Part shown: one piece after another, positions 21,966 to 33,300 of the stretch
Numbering within the stretch: position 1 is the stretch's first letter
How the letters are laid out: each line of letters starts with the position of its first letter
DNA from: Monocercomonoides exilis PA203
Taxonomy: Eukaryota > Protista > Preaxostyla
Assembly (NCBI GenBank): GCA_001643675.2
Contig: LSRY02000001.1
Coordinates: forward strand, 1,240,001-1,304,000
Direction of reading: 5' to 3'
Length of the DNA: 64,000 nucleotides
The notes under the pieces: generated by a model
Databases searched by the model: none
Told to the model about the DNA's origin: nothing
Seen by the model: the letters and a program-made list of their open reading frames with translations, nothing else
Translations under genes and position numbers: made by a program

Positions 21966-23075
21966 TTTTATTAAAATAAAAAGCAATTCACGATGTATTG
22001 AAAAAATATAAAATATATATTTTCATTGCAAATATTTCTAATTGTGTGTGCACTGCATTTTCTGAGATATAAATATTCTGCAATGCATTGTGAAAAAGAA
22101 AAACATTTGACTAATTGTGCTTGTTGTTATGGTTGTTTTGATCTGATTGTTTTATCTGGAGCAATATCAATTCACAAAATGATATAACAGTGAATGAATT
22201 TGTAGTACAAAATTTGGAATGTTGTTTCCTGTGGTTGTGAAAGGCGGTGATGGAGGCTCAACGAATTTTGGCGTCGAATAATATTTTTTGAGATTTTCAC
22301 GAACAAGGAATGACAACAAGATATAAAAAGAATGCTAAAAACAAAATGTGTGTTCTTTCAAAATTGAAATTAATTGCGAAGATGTTTCTATCTGAACTCA
22401 ATCCACATTCCAAGAATCTTATCAATAATGTCAATTGAGACTATTGATGTGCAGAAAAATACGATTGGAATGGAGTTGCTAATTTGTTAACATTTTGGAA
22501 ATAAATGAATGTGAGAAATTGTTGTGCTTTTCACTATAAAAATATGGAACAAGAAGTGAAAACGAGTTCGACTAATATTTATTTTAAATTAAGATTTGTG
22601 AATGGAATTTTATCGAAAAAGAGGGATAAATCTTAATAATAAAGCATTCTGGAAGAAAATGCAGGGGGAGCAGATTTTTTTTGTTTTTGTACAAGAAAAG
22701 TGGATGACAATAGGAAAGCTGGATATTTATTGTGAAAAATGGTTTCGAAAGAAGGAATTCATTAAAAGGGAATGAAATGATAAAGAAGGATCAAGACAAA
22801 TCACAAAAAAGAAAGATAAACATCCATCAATCACAAAGATGAAAATTCCGCTGAAAAAGAGATGGTTATGAAGAAGAAGGAAGAGGTGTCGGGAAACTTT
22901 TCAACTTCAAAAAAGAAAAGTGGGGGGTTGTTTCAAAAAACGAAGAAAAGGAACACAACACTGATATACAAGATAATTGAAACGAAGAGATGAAAAAATA
23001 TGTGAAAAAGAAAAAAAACGATAAATGATGTGGCAAATTGTGAAACCGTCTTTGACAATTATGAATATATGACTC

Positions 23076-24505
23076 TTAAGGAAGAATGAAATAATTATTG
23101 AGATGCTTTAACAATTCCCAATCTAAATAACTTCTCAAAGCCAGTCTATAGAAGCTAATGATAATGTCTTCATATCCATCTTCTTCCAGCTTCTCGCGCA
23201 TCTTTCTTTGAAACATCATTTTTTGCTTTGCCTTTCCATTCAGCTTGCTTCGGACAATCCAAAGAAATGAAATCACTCCATTCACCTTTTCCTTTTCACT
23301 CCTCATTATTCTCGAAAGATTTTCAAACACACTCTTGCTATTTGTCGAAACTTCATTGTCAATCGTTGGCTGATGCAGTTCCTCCAGTATAAAGTCAATT
23401 GCCTCTTTATGAAAACAATCAACATATTCTGTTTTCTGAAACATTTCTTTCACATATAATGTGAAGCATTTCACATATATCATTCTGAAGTTTTTCTTTG
23501 CTGCTCTGCATATATCTGCAATATTTGTTATTAGTCTTTCGTATTCTTCTTTTTGAAATTTCAAACAGTAAAAATTATCATCCAACATATTAAGCCATCT
23601 GTTTATTATACTTACTTCATAATGATAAAATTCTTTTTCCTTCCAAACCACGCTTTCTCTCAGTTCATCCAACTCTTTTGCTGCCTCTCGTGCAAAATGC
23701 AGATCTTTCACAATCACTTCTTCCAAACTTCTGTCTTTGTTCATTCTTTTGACAAAAAACTGTCAAGCCGATTGATACGCGATTCGTGTCAAGTTGCTAT
23801 GCTTTTGGTGATGCAAAATAATCTCTTTGATTTCATTCAAACACAGTTCTTTATCCAATTCCTAATAAAAGCAAAACAATACAAAAAATTTATAATATCA
23901 AAAATGGGAATAGAAAAGCTCATACAAAATAGATAATGTAACTCAAAGATAGAAAAGCCATTTCCACTTCTTTTCGAGTTTCCTCTCTTTCCTCTTTGTG
24001 CAACGCAGCTTTCAACAGGCAAGGCACACGTATCAAAATCAACTCTGAAGAAGCCCACCCATTCAACAATAGATAGCATTCGCAAAGATCAATTAAAAGT
24101 CTTTTGTTCTTTTCTTCTTCAAAAATCATCTTCTCAAATCTTCTTCTAATTTCAGAATCATTAAAACCACTACTCCACATGTTTTTCAGTGTCTTCAAAT
24201 ATCCAGCATGCTTCAGCAGCAAAATTGCACTTTCCATTGTCATTTTCTTTTCTTCAATCATTTTGTATATTTTGTCGAACATTCTTGTTGTGAAAACAGA
24301 TTTATGTTCTTCCATATTCATTCCATCAACTATTTCATTTATCTCAGGGATTTTCTGTTTCTGCTCAATTTCAGTGCAATCTTCAAGCTCAGAAAACAAT
24401 TCTAAAAAAAAAATAAAATTAAAAATAAAATCGCAACTATCAAGAATTCAAATGTAACAATGAGCACAAACCATTAAACCTATTGGTTACACTCGTTGTC
24501 TGCAT
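23076..24505 (-). pseudogene. Full-length FSELEDC-family paralog with one nonsense codon
   Basis: Exons 24505-24472, 24401-23926, 23861-23076; TGA at 23763-23765 replaces the Trp of AYQSAW seen in paralogs. Confidence 0.8.
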
Positions 24506-26349
24506 TTTTGAAAGCACATTGCAGACAGAAAACAACGAAAATTCGTCATTTGATTTAAATTCAGATATCATTGGAAAGAAGAAATCGGCGCAAAACAAAA
24601 ACTCAAAGCAACCATGAAAGCATAAGTTGTTATACCATTCTGCGTTGTTAGTGTTATTTGGTAAGTTGTCACAAAGAAAGACAGAAAAAGCGATTAAACT
24701 ATTTTCGTGTTTTCAGTAATGGATATTCAGATCATATAATTTGAAAGAACAAAAATATTCCTTGCCAAAATGAGAGTTGGTTACGAAATCTATCTTGTGG
24801 AATATGCGATATTATTTTGAGAGGTTGCGCGAGACAGCGAGGGAGAGGCATCAATGATGGAATTGGGTGAGACGATTTCTATGAAAAGCATCATTGAAGG
24901 AAATTCAACTTTTTTTTTAAAATCAAAATATTTGCGTGTATGCGTTTTTTATTCTTCCTGTTTGTTTAGAAGATGTTTTTATAAACCATCTTTTCAGATT
25001 CCAAGAATCTGATTAATTTTCAAAATAGCTAATTTTTTGTTTTTCTGAGGAGAACATCAGATGAGTGCTGGATATCGAAATACAATCAGCAGATCGGAAT
25101 TGCATATTTTTTGAACTCAAATAGAACAGGGGAAGAAAAACAAATTCGATTTCGAAGCATTTGGATGAGAGGAAATAGAAGAAGAATGCCAACAATTTTT
25201 CACCACTGGGAAAGAATAAAATTCGGAGATATTTTTTAAAGGAAAAAAGAAGATGATAATATCAAAAGCAGGAAAATTTTGTGGAAAATAAAGGAAGATG
25301 GAGAAAGAAGCACTGTGAAACAATGGAAAAGGAGATTGACAGCACAGTGATTGGACAATCTTCTGCATTTGCGATGCGGAGGGCAGGTGTGTCTTTTTGA
25401 GGAATCTTTATTATCAACGCAAAACTAATTATTTTTATTTTTTATCTTTTCATTTCCATTTCAACCAACAGCATTTTTTTATAATGAGCGTCATTCGCAG
25501 GGACAATCCATTTCAATCAGCATTTTTGCGAATTATGTTGTTTCTTCTCCTTCTTCTCCGATCTCTTCATTGACGAGATTTTTTAAAATTTGACTGATGG
25601 AAAAAGACATTCTTCATATTTGAGAATTTGTTGTCTGAATTGACATCAAATTCTCATATGGCAACACAAAATAAATCTATCTTCTCTTGCTGCTGTTGTC
25701 TGTTATAAAATTTGAATCTATTTATTTTATCTGCATATTCTTCAGATGAGTCTTGTTCGCCTTTATCGTTCATCTCGTCCAAAGAGCATCATCGAACTCA
25801 TTTCATTCCATTTCTCTTTCAGATGCATTTTCTTCATTTTCTTCTTTCGTTCTTTCTTCTGCACTGCTGCAACAAGAATTTTTTTTTGTGAAAGCAGTTA
25901 TTGTGTTTAACTCTGATCATTCAGCATGTGTTTCTTATTCTTCAAATTCTTATTCAGTTTCGAATTTTTCTTCTCCTCTTCTTCTCCTTCTTCTGTTTCT
26001 GTTTCTGTTGTTTTCATTACACCTTCCTCATTAACAGTTCATCTTCTCAACTTTTTGACATGCAATCGTAGTTTGTATATACTACTGATCATGTCTGATG
26101 AAATGTTCGCTCATAACTGTAATTCAGTAGTTTAAGTACTCTTGCCTCAATTAAGGAACTCTTCATTGCAGGAAAATGAATTGTCATTTTTCTCATTTCG
26201 CCTTCTATCGTTCTATTTGTATATGAGTAATTTTGGAGATTGATCTTTTCTTGATGCTGTAAATATCCGCAAATGGGTTTTATTTGTTGCAATATCTGCT
26301 TTTCGATGCTGTCAATCCCTCCATTTGTTCTGAATCTGTTTTGTTCTAT

Positions 26350-26760
26350 TCACGTTCTTCTGGAGCCATGGGCATGTTGCGAGACGAGTATTTGAGTAAA
26401 TAAACTTCTGGTGCGAAGTGTACTCTGTTTGCAACTGAATCAAATATCCTTCTCTGCGCGTCGATCTTCTGGCTTGTTATTTGACTGTTTCACCAGCACC
26501 ATTAACCCAAAAGGTGTGGATGATTTTGATTTTTCTGAGCAACAGATACACATAGACATATTTGGAGGAGTTGTGAGATCAGGAAAAATGGAGGAGGAGA
26601 GCAGTGGAATGTGTAAATTCAGGGGTTTTAATTTTGATTCATGATTTGTGGAAGAGAAAAGCGAAAAAATCTCGTGTGAAGGCAGAATCAATGACGAAGA
26701 GAAAATGATGTCCAAATAATCCGAAAGAGATGAATCTATGTGGGAAGAAAATGAAAAAGT
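26350..26760 (-). pseudogene. Possible heavily decayed protein kinase fragment
   Basis: In order, across frameshifts: SLSDYL, HCSPP/IFPDLT..NM, KIKII/FGL, HFAPEVY, resembling kinase subdomains V-VIII. Confidence 0.3.
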
Positions 26761-27397
26761 GTGTTGTTTCATGAAAATGGAAAGGCTTTGCTTCAAAATA
26801 AGCAAATTTTGCTTTTCCAAACAATTGGGATGAAAAATAACCGGAAAAGATTGGAATGAATGAACAACAAATTGAATGGCAAGTGATGTTTGCTTATCCA
26901 AAGAATCAGATGCCTCTATTCACCAAGCAAGCATCATCATGTCAGTTTTCTTCTTTTCTATTTTTCAAAAAAATCCCTTCTCGTGAAACACAAATGAAAG
27001 AATCAAATGAAAAAGTCACTTTTGAGATTCTTTCTTTGTTGCAATTTTTTTTTGAAGCAACTGTGTTTATTCATTTGAATTGAATGAATGATTTGTTGTT
27101 ATTTTTTTTAATGAAACATTCAAAAATTATCGGGAAAATTATTTCCGGGAAAATAAAGAAATTTTATTCGTAACATAAAAATATATTTCTCTTTTTTCTT
27201 CTCATCAAAAGGCAGAAAAAAGTTGTTTTTTCTTTACGAAATGTATTCTGGAATTAGAAAACTGCCAATTCTAAAAATCCAATCATCAAGATCAAGGCGC
27301 AGTTTTTCCGAGACGAAGCGTTTCAAAAGATTGTTTGGAACAAGAACACTTTTGATAATTATTTTCTTTTTGTTGATCAACAACCAATTGTCTTTCT

Positions 27398-30300
27398 ATG
27401 AAAATGTTTTTGATTTTGATTCTCTCGAACTGTCTGTTTGCCAGTTGTCCCGCTCCGCAACGCGATAACAAAAATCGGTCAAATGCATTTTCCGATGGCC
27501 GTTCCGAGGCAGCTGTTGATACCGTTTTTGTTTCTGAAAAAGGAGACGATTCGAAGCAGAACTGTGGAAGTGAAGCAGATCCGTGCAAAACAATTGCAAA
27601 AGGAATTGAGCTGCTTGGGGAAGGTCCTGGAGATAAAACCATAAAGATTGTTGACTCTGCTGAAATGTCATACGGTTTTCAATTTTCAAAAGATTTCAGC
27701 CTTGCGATGGTAGCAGTCTCGGAACAGGGAACGAGACGAACAGTCAATTTTGAATTGAATGACCTTGCTGTAAAAGGGAAGTTCCACATGGTGAATGAGA
27801 AAACACTGACGCTGGAACATTTGACATTTAATCTTATTCCCTTTAAAACTGAGGAGCTATCAAAGGAAGCAAAAGAAGCATCTGCAATTATTCTTTCTAG
27901 AGGCGTTGACGGAGATTTGACAATAATGGATTGCAACATATTAATTAAAAAGTGGACAGATGAATATGCTCCATTTTCGATATTGAGAATAACTGAAGGT
28001 AAATTATCGATCGAGGGTTTTTATTTGGGTTATTTCGGATATAGCTATCTTTCAAGTGTGGCCACGCTACACATTTTTGAGGGAGTTGTGGTACAAAAAT
28101 TGAAGAACCTTCAAATTGACGAAGCAAAGCTTGAAAAAGAATGTGCACTGGAACTTCCATCTTCGTTCGCATTGGAAGCAAGTTACTTCAGCTCTATCGA
28201 GAGGAAAAATGCGGGACCAGTGTTGCTCGAAGCAAAAAGTGGAGCAGATAAAAAAGTGACGATTACTATATCTAAATGCAAAATATCTTCGATTCGATCA
28301 CTGAAATCAGAAAATGGAGGCAGCATTTATTTTGAGATGATGCACCCAGGGAGTGAATTGAACATTCTTGATACTTCATTTGAATATGGAAGGGCAGTTC
28401 GCGGGGGAGGAGCGATGTTTGGTGCGATGAAAGGGAAAGTGAAGCTGGAAAATGTGGAGTTTTGCAGCTGTGAGGCAGCTGCCGATGGAGGAGGGCTGCT
28501 GATAAATGACCTGACGCAGATGGCAGGATTTGAATGCAGAAACGGCACATTTCGGGGATGCGAGGCGAAGACAGGCGGAGGGATGGCAATACATTTGGGA
28601 GAAGAGGCAAGGCTGATCGACGAAATTTTGTTCAAAAACTGTTTCTTCAGAGACAATTCAGCAGGGCAGTGCGGAAATGATATTGCGCTGTGCGGTGAAG
28701 GAGACATTGAAATGAGCCGATCGCCTTTTGACGCAGATTCCTTCAGCGTGACGAAAGACCATCGAGTTGGAGCGATAAAGAAAGATAGAACAATAGTTTT
28801 CCATGACGACTGGCTTCGCTTTGACACAGTGGTTATCGATGTCGATGGAGAAAAAGGAGAAGACAGCGCAGAATGCGGAAGAAGTGGGAAAAGATCCTGC
28901 AAGACGATGAAGCAGGCTCTTTTGAACTGTCTTCCGGGCAGAGAATTTACAATATATACAAGAGAAGACAGCAACAAATACGATGCTGAACCAATGGTGA
29001 TTGAAGAACGGAATGTTAAAATCCTAAACAGAGAAAGCATGATTGTCAACATCATAACAGCGCTGGACGAAGCGAAGGTGCGTCCAGGCGAGGGGCTGTT
29101 TAATGTGCGCAAAAATGCGTATCTTCGGCTGTTTAATGCAGATGTGCAAGTGGACACAATGAGACAAAGCGGGAGAGACAATGGCCTGTTTGTGTGTGAT
29201 GGAGACGGGGCGTATGCTGACATCTACCGGGTGAATATCTCGTGCACAGATTCTAAACAAATTCTAAACTGTGTCTTGATTGAATGCAAAATGGGAAAAC
29301 TCTCTATGAACGAAGTGTTTATGTCTCATTTCACATCTTCTTTTGCACTCGTCTTGGTGGAAGCAGCGAAAGAAATTGATTTATTTGGATTGAACATGGA
29401 CACAATCGCCACAACATGCACAGCACAGTCTATCATAACTGTTTTGGTGGAGTGCGAGCAGCTGAGCTTTTCGAATGGGAATTTTTCTAATTGCCAGTCA
29501 AAAGAACATAAGCTTGGAGGAGTGCTGTATTTGGAAATCGGGAGCTATAATTATTACAGTTTTAACGATGCTGAATTCAATAATTGCTCGTGCAAAAGCG
29601 TACAAACAGCTGTGAGCGAACGGAATTCAATGGTGAACGAAGAGTCGAAAGGAGGAGCGCTGTTTATTAGAGTGGCTGACGAAGTTACAGAAACAATAAA
29701 TTTGAGATTGAATGGAATGAGATTTGCTGAATGCCAAGCTGACAAAGGGAAGTATGTGTTTCTTTCGTTTCCGAATGGAAGGAAGCAGATTAACGAAGAA
29801 TTGTTTGAATTTGAGATGGAAGAGATATATGGAAAAGCGAATCTGATTCTTCTGGAAGAAAGGAAAGGCGAAGAAGTGAATATTGTTGATCTTCTGGGCG
29901 ATGAAGCAAACAGACTGCCATACCATTCGCAGAACATTTATGTTGGAGGAGCGAAGGCCAGCGACGACAAGGTCTGTGGAGCAAAAGAAAGACCGTGTGA
30001 TCTGCTCAGCACCGCCATCGAACATGGAATACAAAATGGAGAAACATCGATGTATGTTACTGGAAGAGTCTTCGTGGACAAGCCGTTTTTAATTGACGAG
30101 TTTGTCACACTGACTTCTGCATCTGAGGCTTCATCTGAACCTTCATCTGAGTGGGAACAGGGATCTGGCACAGCTTCGAAGATGTTCTCAGGTGCAGAGA
30201 AGAAGCGGGGCATTCTTCGGATAGGCTCGAATATGAAAGCGGACAGAGAAGTAGCTGTGTTTGAGATGAGCAATTATTACATTATATTTGAGCACATTGA

Positions 30301-31513
30301 CATCGAATATCCAGATGCTGTTGAAGGAGATGCATTGGACATTATTAACGCTGAATACGACTTGGAGATAACCGATGTTGTCTTCAGACCATGGTACACA
30401 GGCTTGAAAGGGGAAAATGTGAAAGGTGGAGAAGGAAAAGCGCTTCCTTACAAATTAATGGTGCTCAGAAAAACGACGGAAACGTTCAAGCAGTTGGTTA
30501 TTTACGGGAGAAACGGAAACATTACAAGTGGCAAACAGCACAACGAATGTGAAAATGCGAAAGAAGGAGAGGAGGAGAGGAGCGTTTTGAGATTGGAAGA
30601 GCCATTTGCAAGCAGGGATGAGATGAATGGAGTTGGAGAAGAGGAGAATCCTTTATGTTCATGGAATTCTGGATTGCTTTATCTGTACGAAGCTTTTCGC
30701 ATTTCAATCAATGACAGTTCATTTGTGGACATCAGCGACGGAGCAATTTGTTCTACGTATTCTCGTCTGACCTTGAACAACTGCAGCTTTGTGAACAATC
30801 ATCCAATTGGCAAGGATTGGGAGAAGTTTCCTTCACTGCGGAACAACATTCGATTTCAGAACGAGCAGGAAGAGAAGCCACTTTTCATCAATAGCTTGGC
30901 GACTGGAAGCGACGGATTAGAAGGAAGGCCGTTCGGGATGCTTGTGGAAGGAGGAGTTGGTGGGCATGCAGCTCAAGGCATGGACTCATATTTCTTCACC
31001 CCAATTTTGACAAATGCAACGATGATTATAAAGGCTAAGGGGATGGCAGAGAAAGGACAAGATCAAATAATAGAATCAGATGAAGGAACACAAGCAGTGA
31101 TTCGCGGATCTTATCTGTTTCCATGTGAACTAACAGTTGAAGCATCAGAGAAAAGAGTGGGGAAAACGAAGGAGTGGATTGAATGTCCCGTTTCTGAGTA
31201 TGTAAACGAGACAGAGATCAGAGTGATGATTCCTCAATCTCTGTTGAATGGTGACGAATACACGTCGTTGGTTTGCCGGCTGAGATATCCGAGCGGAAAA
31301 TCAGAAGGAGAAAAAAAGAGCACAGATTTCATTTCTTTGGCCAAGCAAAAGAAAGAAGAACCAAAGAAATTGACAACAGGGCAATTGGCAGCAATTATTG
31401 TGTCTGTGAGTGTGTTTTTAATCGCCATTGCAGTTACTGTTGTGATTGCCATTTATGTGGTGAGAAACAGGAAGCGAAAACAATACAAGTCGATCACGGA
31501 AGTGAATAAATAA
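27398..31513 (+). CDS. Large type-I membrane surface protein, 1371 aa, beta-helix repeats
   Basis: Signal-like MKMFLILILSNCLFA; VFVSEKGDDSKQNCGSEADPCKT (DUF1565-like); GGG/GGA motifs; TM LAAIIVSVSVFLIAIAVTVVIAIYVV followed by RNRKRK; very short tail. Confidence 0.92.
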   Translation: MKMFLILILSNCLFASCPAPQRDNKNRSNAFSDGRSEAAVDTVFVSEKGDDSKQNCGSEADPCKTIAKGIELLGEGPGDKTIKIVDSAEMSYGFQFSKDFSLAMVAVSEQGTRRTVNFELNDLAVKGKFHMVNEKTLTLEHLTFNLIPFKTEELSKEAKEASAIILSRGVDGDLTIMDCNILIKKWTDEYAPFSILRITEGKLSIEGFYLGYFGYSYLSSVATLHIFEGVVVQKLKNLQIDEAKLEKECALELPSSFALEASYFSSIERKNAGPVLLEAKSGADKKVTITISKCKISSIRSLKSENGGSIYFEMMHPGSELNILDTSFEYGRAVRGGGAMFGAMKGKVKLENVEFCSCEAAADGGGLLINDLTQMAGFECRNGTFRGCEAKTGGGMAIHLGEEARLIDEILFKNCFFRDNSAGQCGNDIALCGEGDIEMSRSPFDADSFSVTKDHRVGAIKKDRTIVFHDDWLRFDTVVIDVDGEKGEDSAECGRSGKRSCKTMKQALLNCLPGREFTIYTREDSNKYDAEPMVIEERNVKILNRESMIVNIITALDEAKVRPGEGLFNVRKNAYLRLFNADVQVDTMRQSGRDNGLFVCDGDGAYADIYRVNISCTDSKQILNCVLIECKMGKLSMNEVFMSHFTSSFALVLVEAAKEIDLFGLNMDTIATTCTAQSIITVLVECEQLSFSNGNFSNCQSKEHKLGGVLYLEIGSYNYYSFNDAEFNNCSCKSVQTAVSERNSMVNEESKGGALFIRVADEVTETINLRLNGMRFAECQADKGKYVFLSFPNGRKQINEELFEFEMEEIYGKANLILLEERKGEEVNIVDLLGDEANRLPYHSQNIYVGGAKASDDKVCGAKERPCDLLSTAIEHGIQNGETSMYVTGRVFVDKPFLIDEFVTLTSASEASSEPSSEWEQGSGTASKMFSGAEKKRGILRIGSNMKADREVAVFEMSNYYIIFEHIDIEYPDAVEGDALDIINAEYDLEITDVVFRPWYTGLKGENVKGGEGKALPYKLMVLRKTTETFKQLVIYGRNGNITSGKQHNECENAKEGEEERSVLRLEEPFASRDEMNGVGEEENPLCSWNSGLLYLYEAFRISINDSSFVDISDGAICSTYSRLTLNNCSFVNNHPIGKDWEKFPSLRNNIRFQNEQEEKPLFINSLATGSDGLEGRPFGMLVEGGVGGHAAQGMDSYFFTPILTNATMIIKAKGMAEKGQDQIIESDEGTQAVIRGSYLFPCELTVEASEKRVGKTKEWIECPVSEYVNETEIRVMIPQSLLNGDEYTSLVCRLRYPSGKSEGEKKSTDFISLAKQKKEEPKKLTTGQLAAIIVSVSVFLIAIAVTVVIAIYVVRNRKRKQYKSITEVNK

Positions 31514-33300
31514 CCAGAAAGTCCATAGATACTTTTATTTCGGTATTCTTTTATTTTGTTACAACATTTTTATTCGGAAATGAGCTTCTCTTTTTGAAGA
31601 ACAAAAAAATGATATATATGTTTGTTGTAATGTTTAATTTTTAATTTCTTATTTTTATTGTTATTTCAAATTTCAAATTATTATTTTTCACAAATAATTG
31701 TTTTCGAGATTTTTTTTTATTTTACAAAACTATATTCTGGAGATTTGTTTTTGACTATTTTATTGTCATGCTTAAAATTTTTTTTTAATTATTTGAAACC
31801 TTTTGGTTAAAAATTGAGTGCATACACTTATCTCTGTCATATGATTCAGTGATATGTATAAGTTTTGATTTTTGAAAAAAGTATTTCAATTCTTTCATTT
31901 TCATGATAGAAAAGTTACTGAAATTCAGCCATGTTTTTTGTATTATATGTAAAGAATGCTTTGCATTCAATCACACATATCCAATATGTTACATTTTAAG
32001 TGAATATTTTTTGTTTTTTAAATCACAAAATTTTCTTCAATCAACAAAAATTAAAATGGAAATCTCAGCGCTTCTACGTTGTCATTCACATTGTGAAACT
32101 GCTCAAATTTGAAAAGTCTGAGTGTTTGACGATTTCGAAAAATTGATCAAAGTTATTTATTATGGATACGCGATCAACATGGAAATGATTATTGCTCGAA
32201 TTTCATGAGGTATGAAAGAGATCTTGATCATGATGAGTTGTGATTGATGGAGGTTGAACGATTCTTGAGTCTGTAAGATTTTTTTCTTTCGGGCATTGAA
32301 ACGACGTGCGATACTCTCCAAAGAAAAAGTGATGCCAATTACCGGCTTTCTTCGAAAACATATGAGATGAAAGTCTCCTTTTTGTGCACACATTATTGAA
32401 AATTTCATTACATATTTTTTTAAAAGTGATTTTCTATTCTTTGTTTTGATTTAAAGGACTTTGAAGCTTTATTAATTTGCATTTGATTCTTTTGATTTTC
32501 AGCAAATAAGAAGATGTCTTTAGCTTTCATGAAAATATGCAAATGAGATGGATGAGTTTTTTTCCTTTCCTTTTTTATTTTTGCCCAATTCAACGAATCG
32601 AGGAACATTGAAACAAAATTTGTTCAAGCGAGTTCTTTATTTTTCTTCATTTCATGCAGCTCAATATATTCAGATCAATGATTAAGGTACATATAAGGCA
32701 TTCAATCAAATATGCATTTAAAAAAGCGTCTTAGCAAAAGAAAAAAAGTTTGAAGTTTGAAGTCATTTTCTTTTTCTGATTTAATCCAACATTTGTGCAT
32801 GATAATGAATGTTGCAATTTGAAACTGATCGCTTAACAATCATGTTTGAATTTAGGCATATTTTTCATTTCTGGTGCGAGAGATATATTTGTCAGGAGAT
32901 GAATAATGAAACAAATCTTCGTTGTTTTCACAATCTTTCAAACTCTATGAATGATGAATTTATGACAAAAGTTTTGAAATCCAATAAAGAGCAATATTAA
33001 ATTATCAAACAGAAGAATTCACTTCCTGTGGAGTTCTTCTCAATGAAGAAAGAAAAAATAAATTTGGAAATTCATTATTTTTCATGGATTGAACTTTGCA
33101 AATTTAACTTTTGAAAGCCTTTTGAACGAGCATAAATGGTTTGCTATTTCTTTTCATTTATTTGAATAATAGAATTATGAAATTTAGCTTCGAAGAAATT
33201 ATTACTGATGAAAGATTTAGTTCTGCAAAAATATTGATGCTCATTCTATTTTGATTGAAGAAACTTTTCGCTTGGACTTTTTCTTATGGATGAAAAACAT

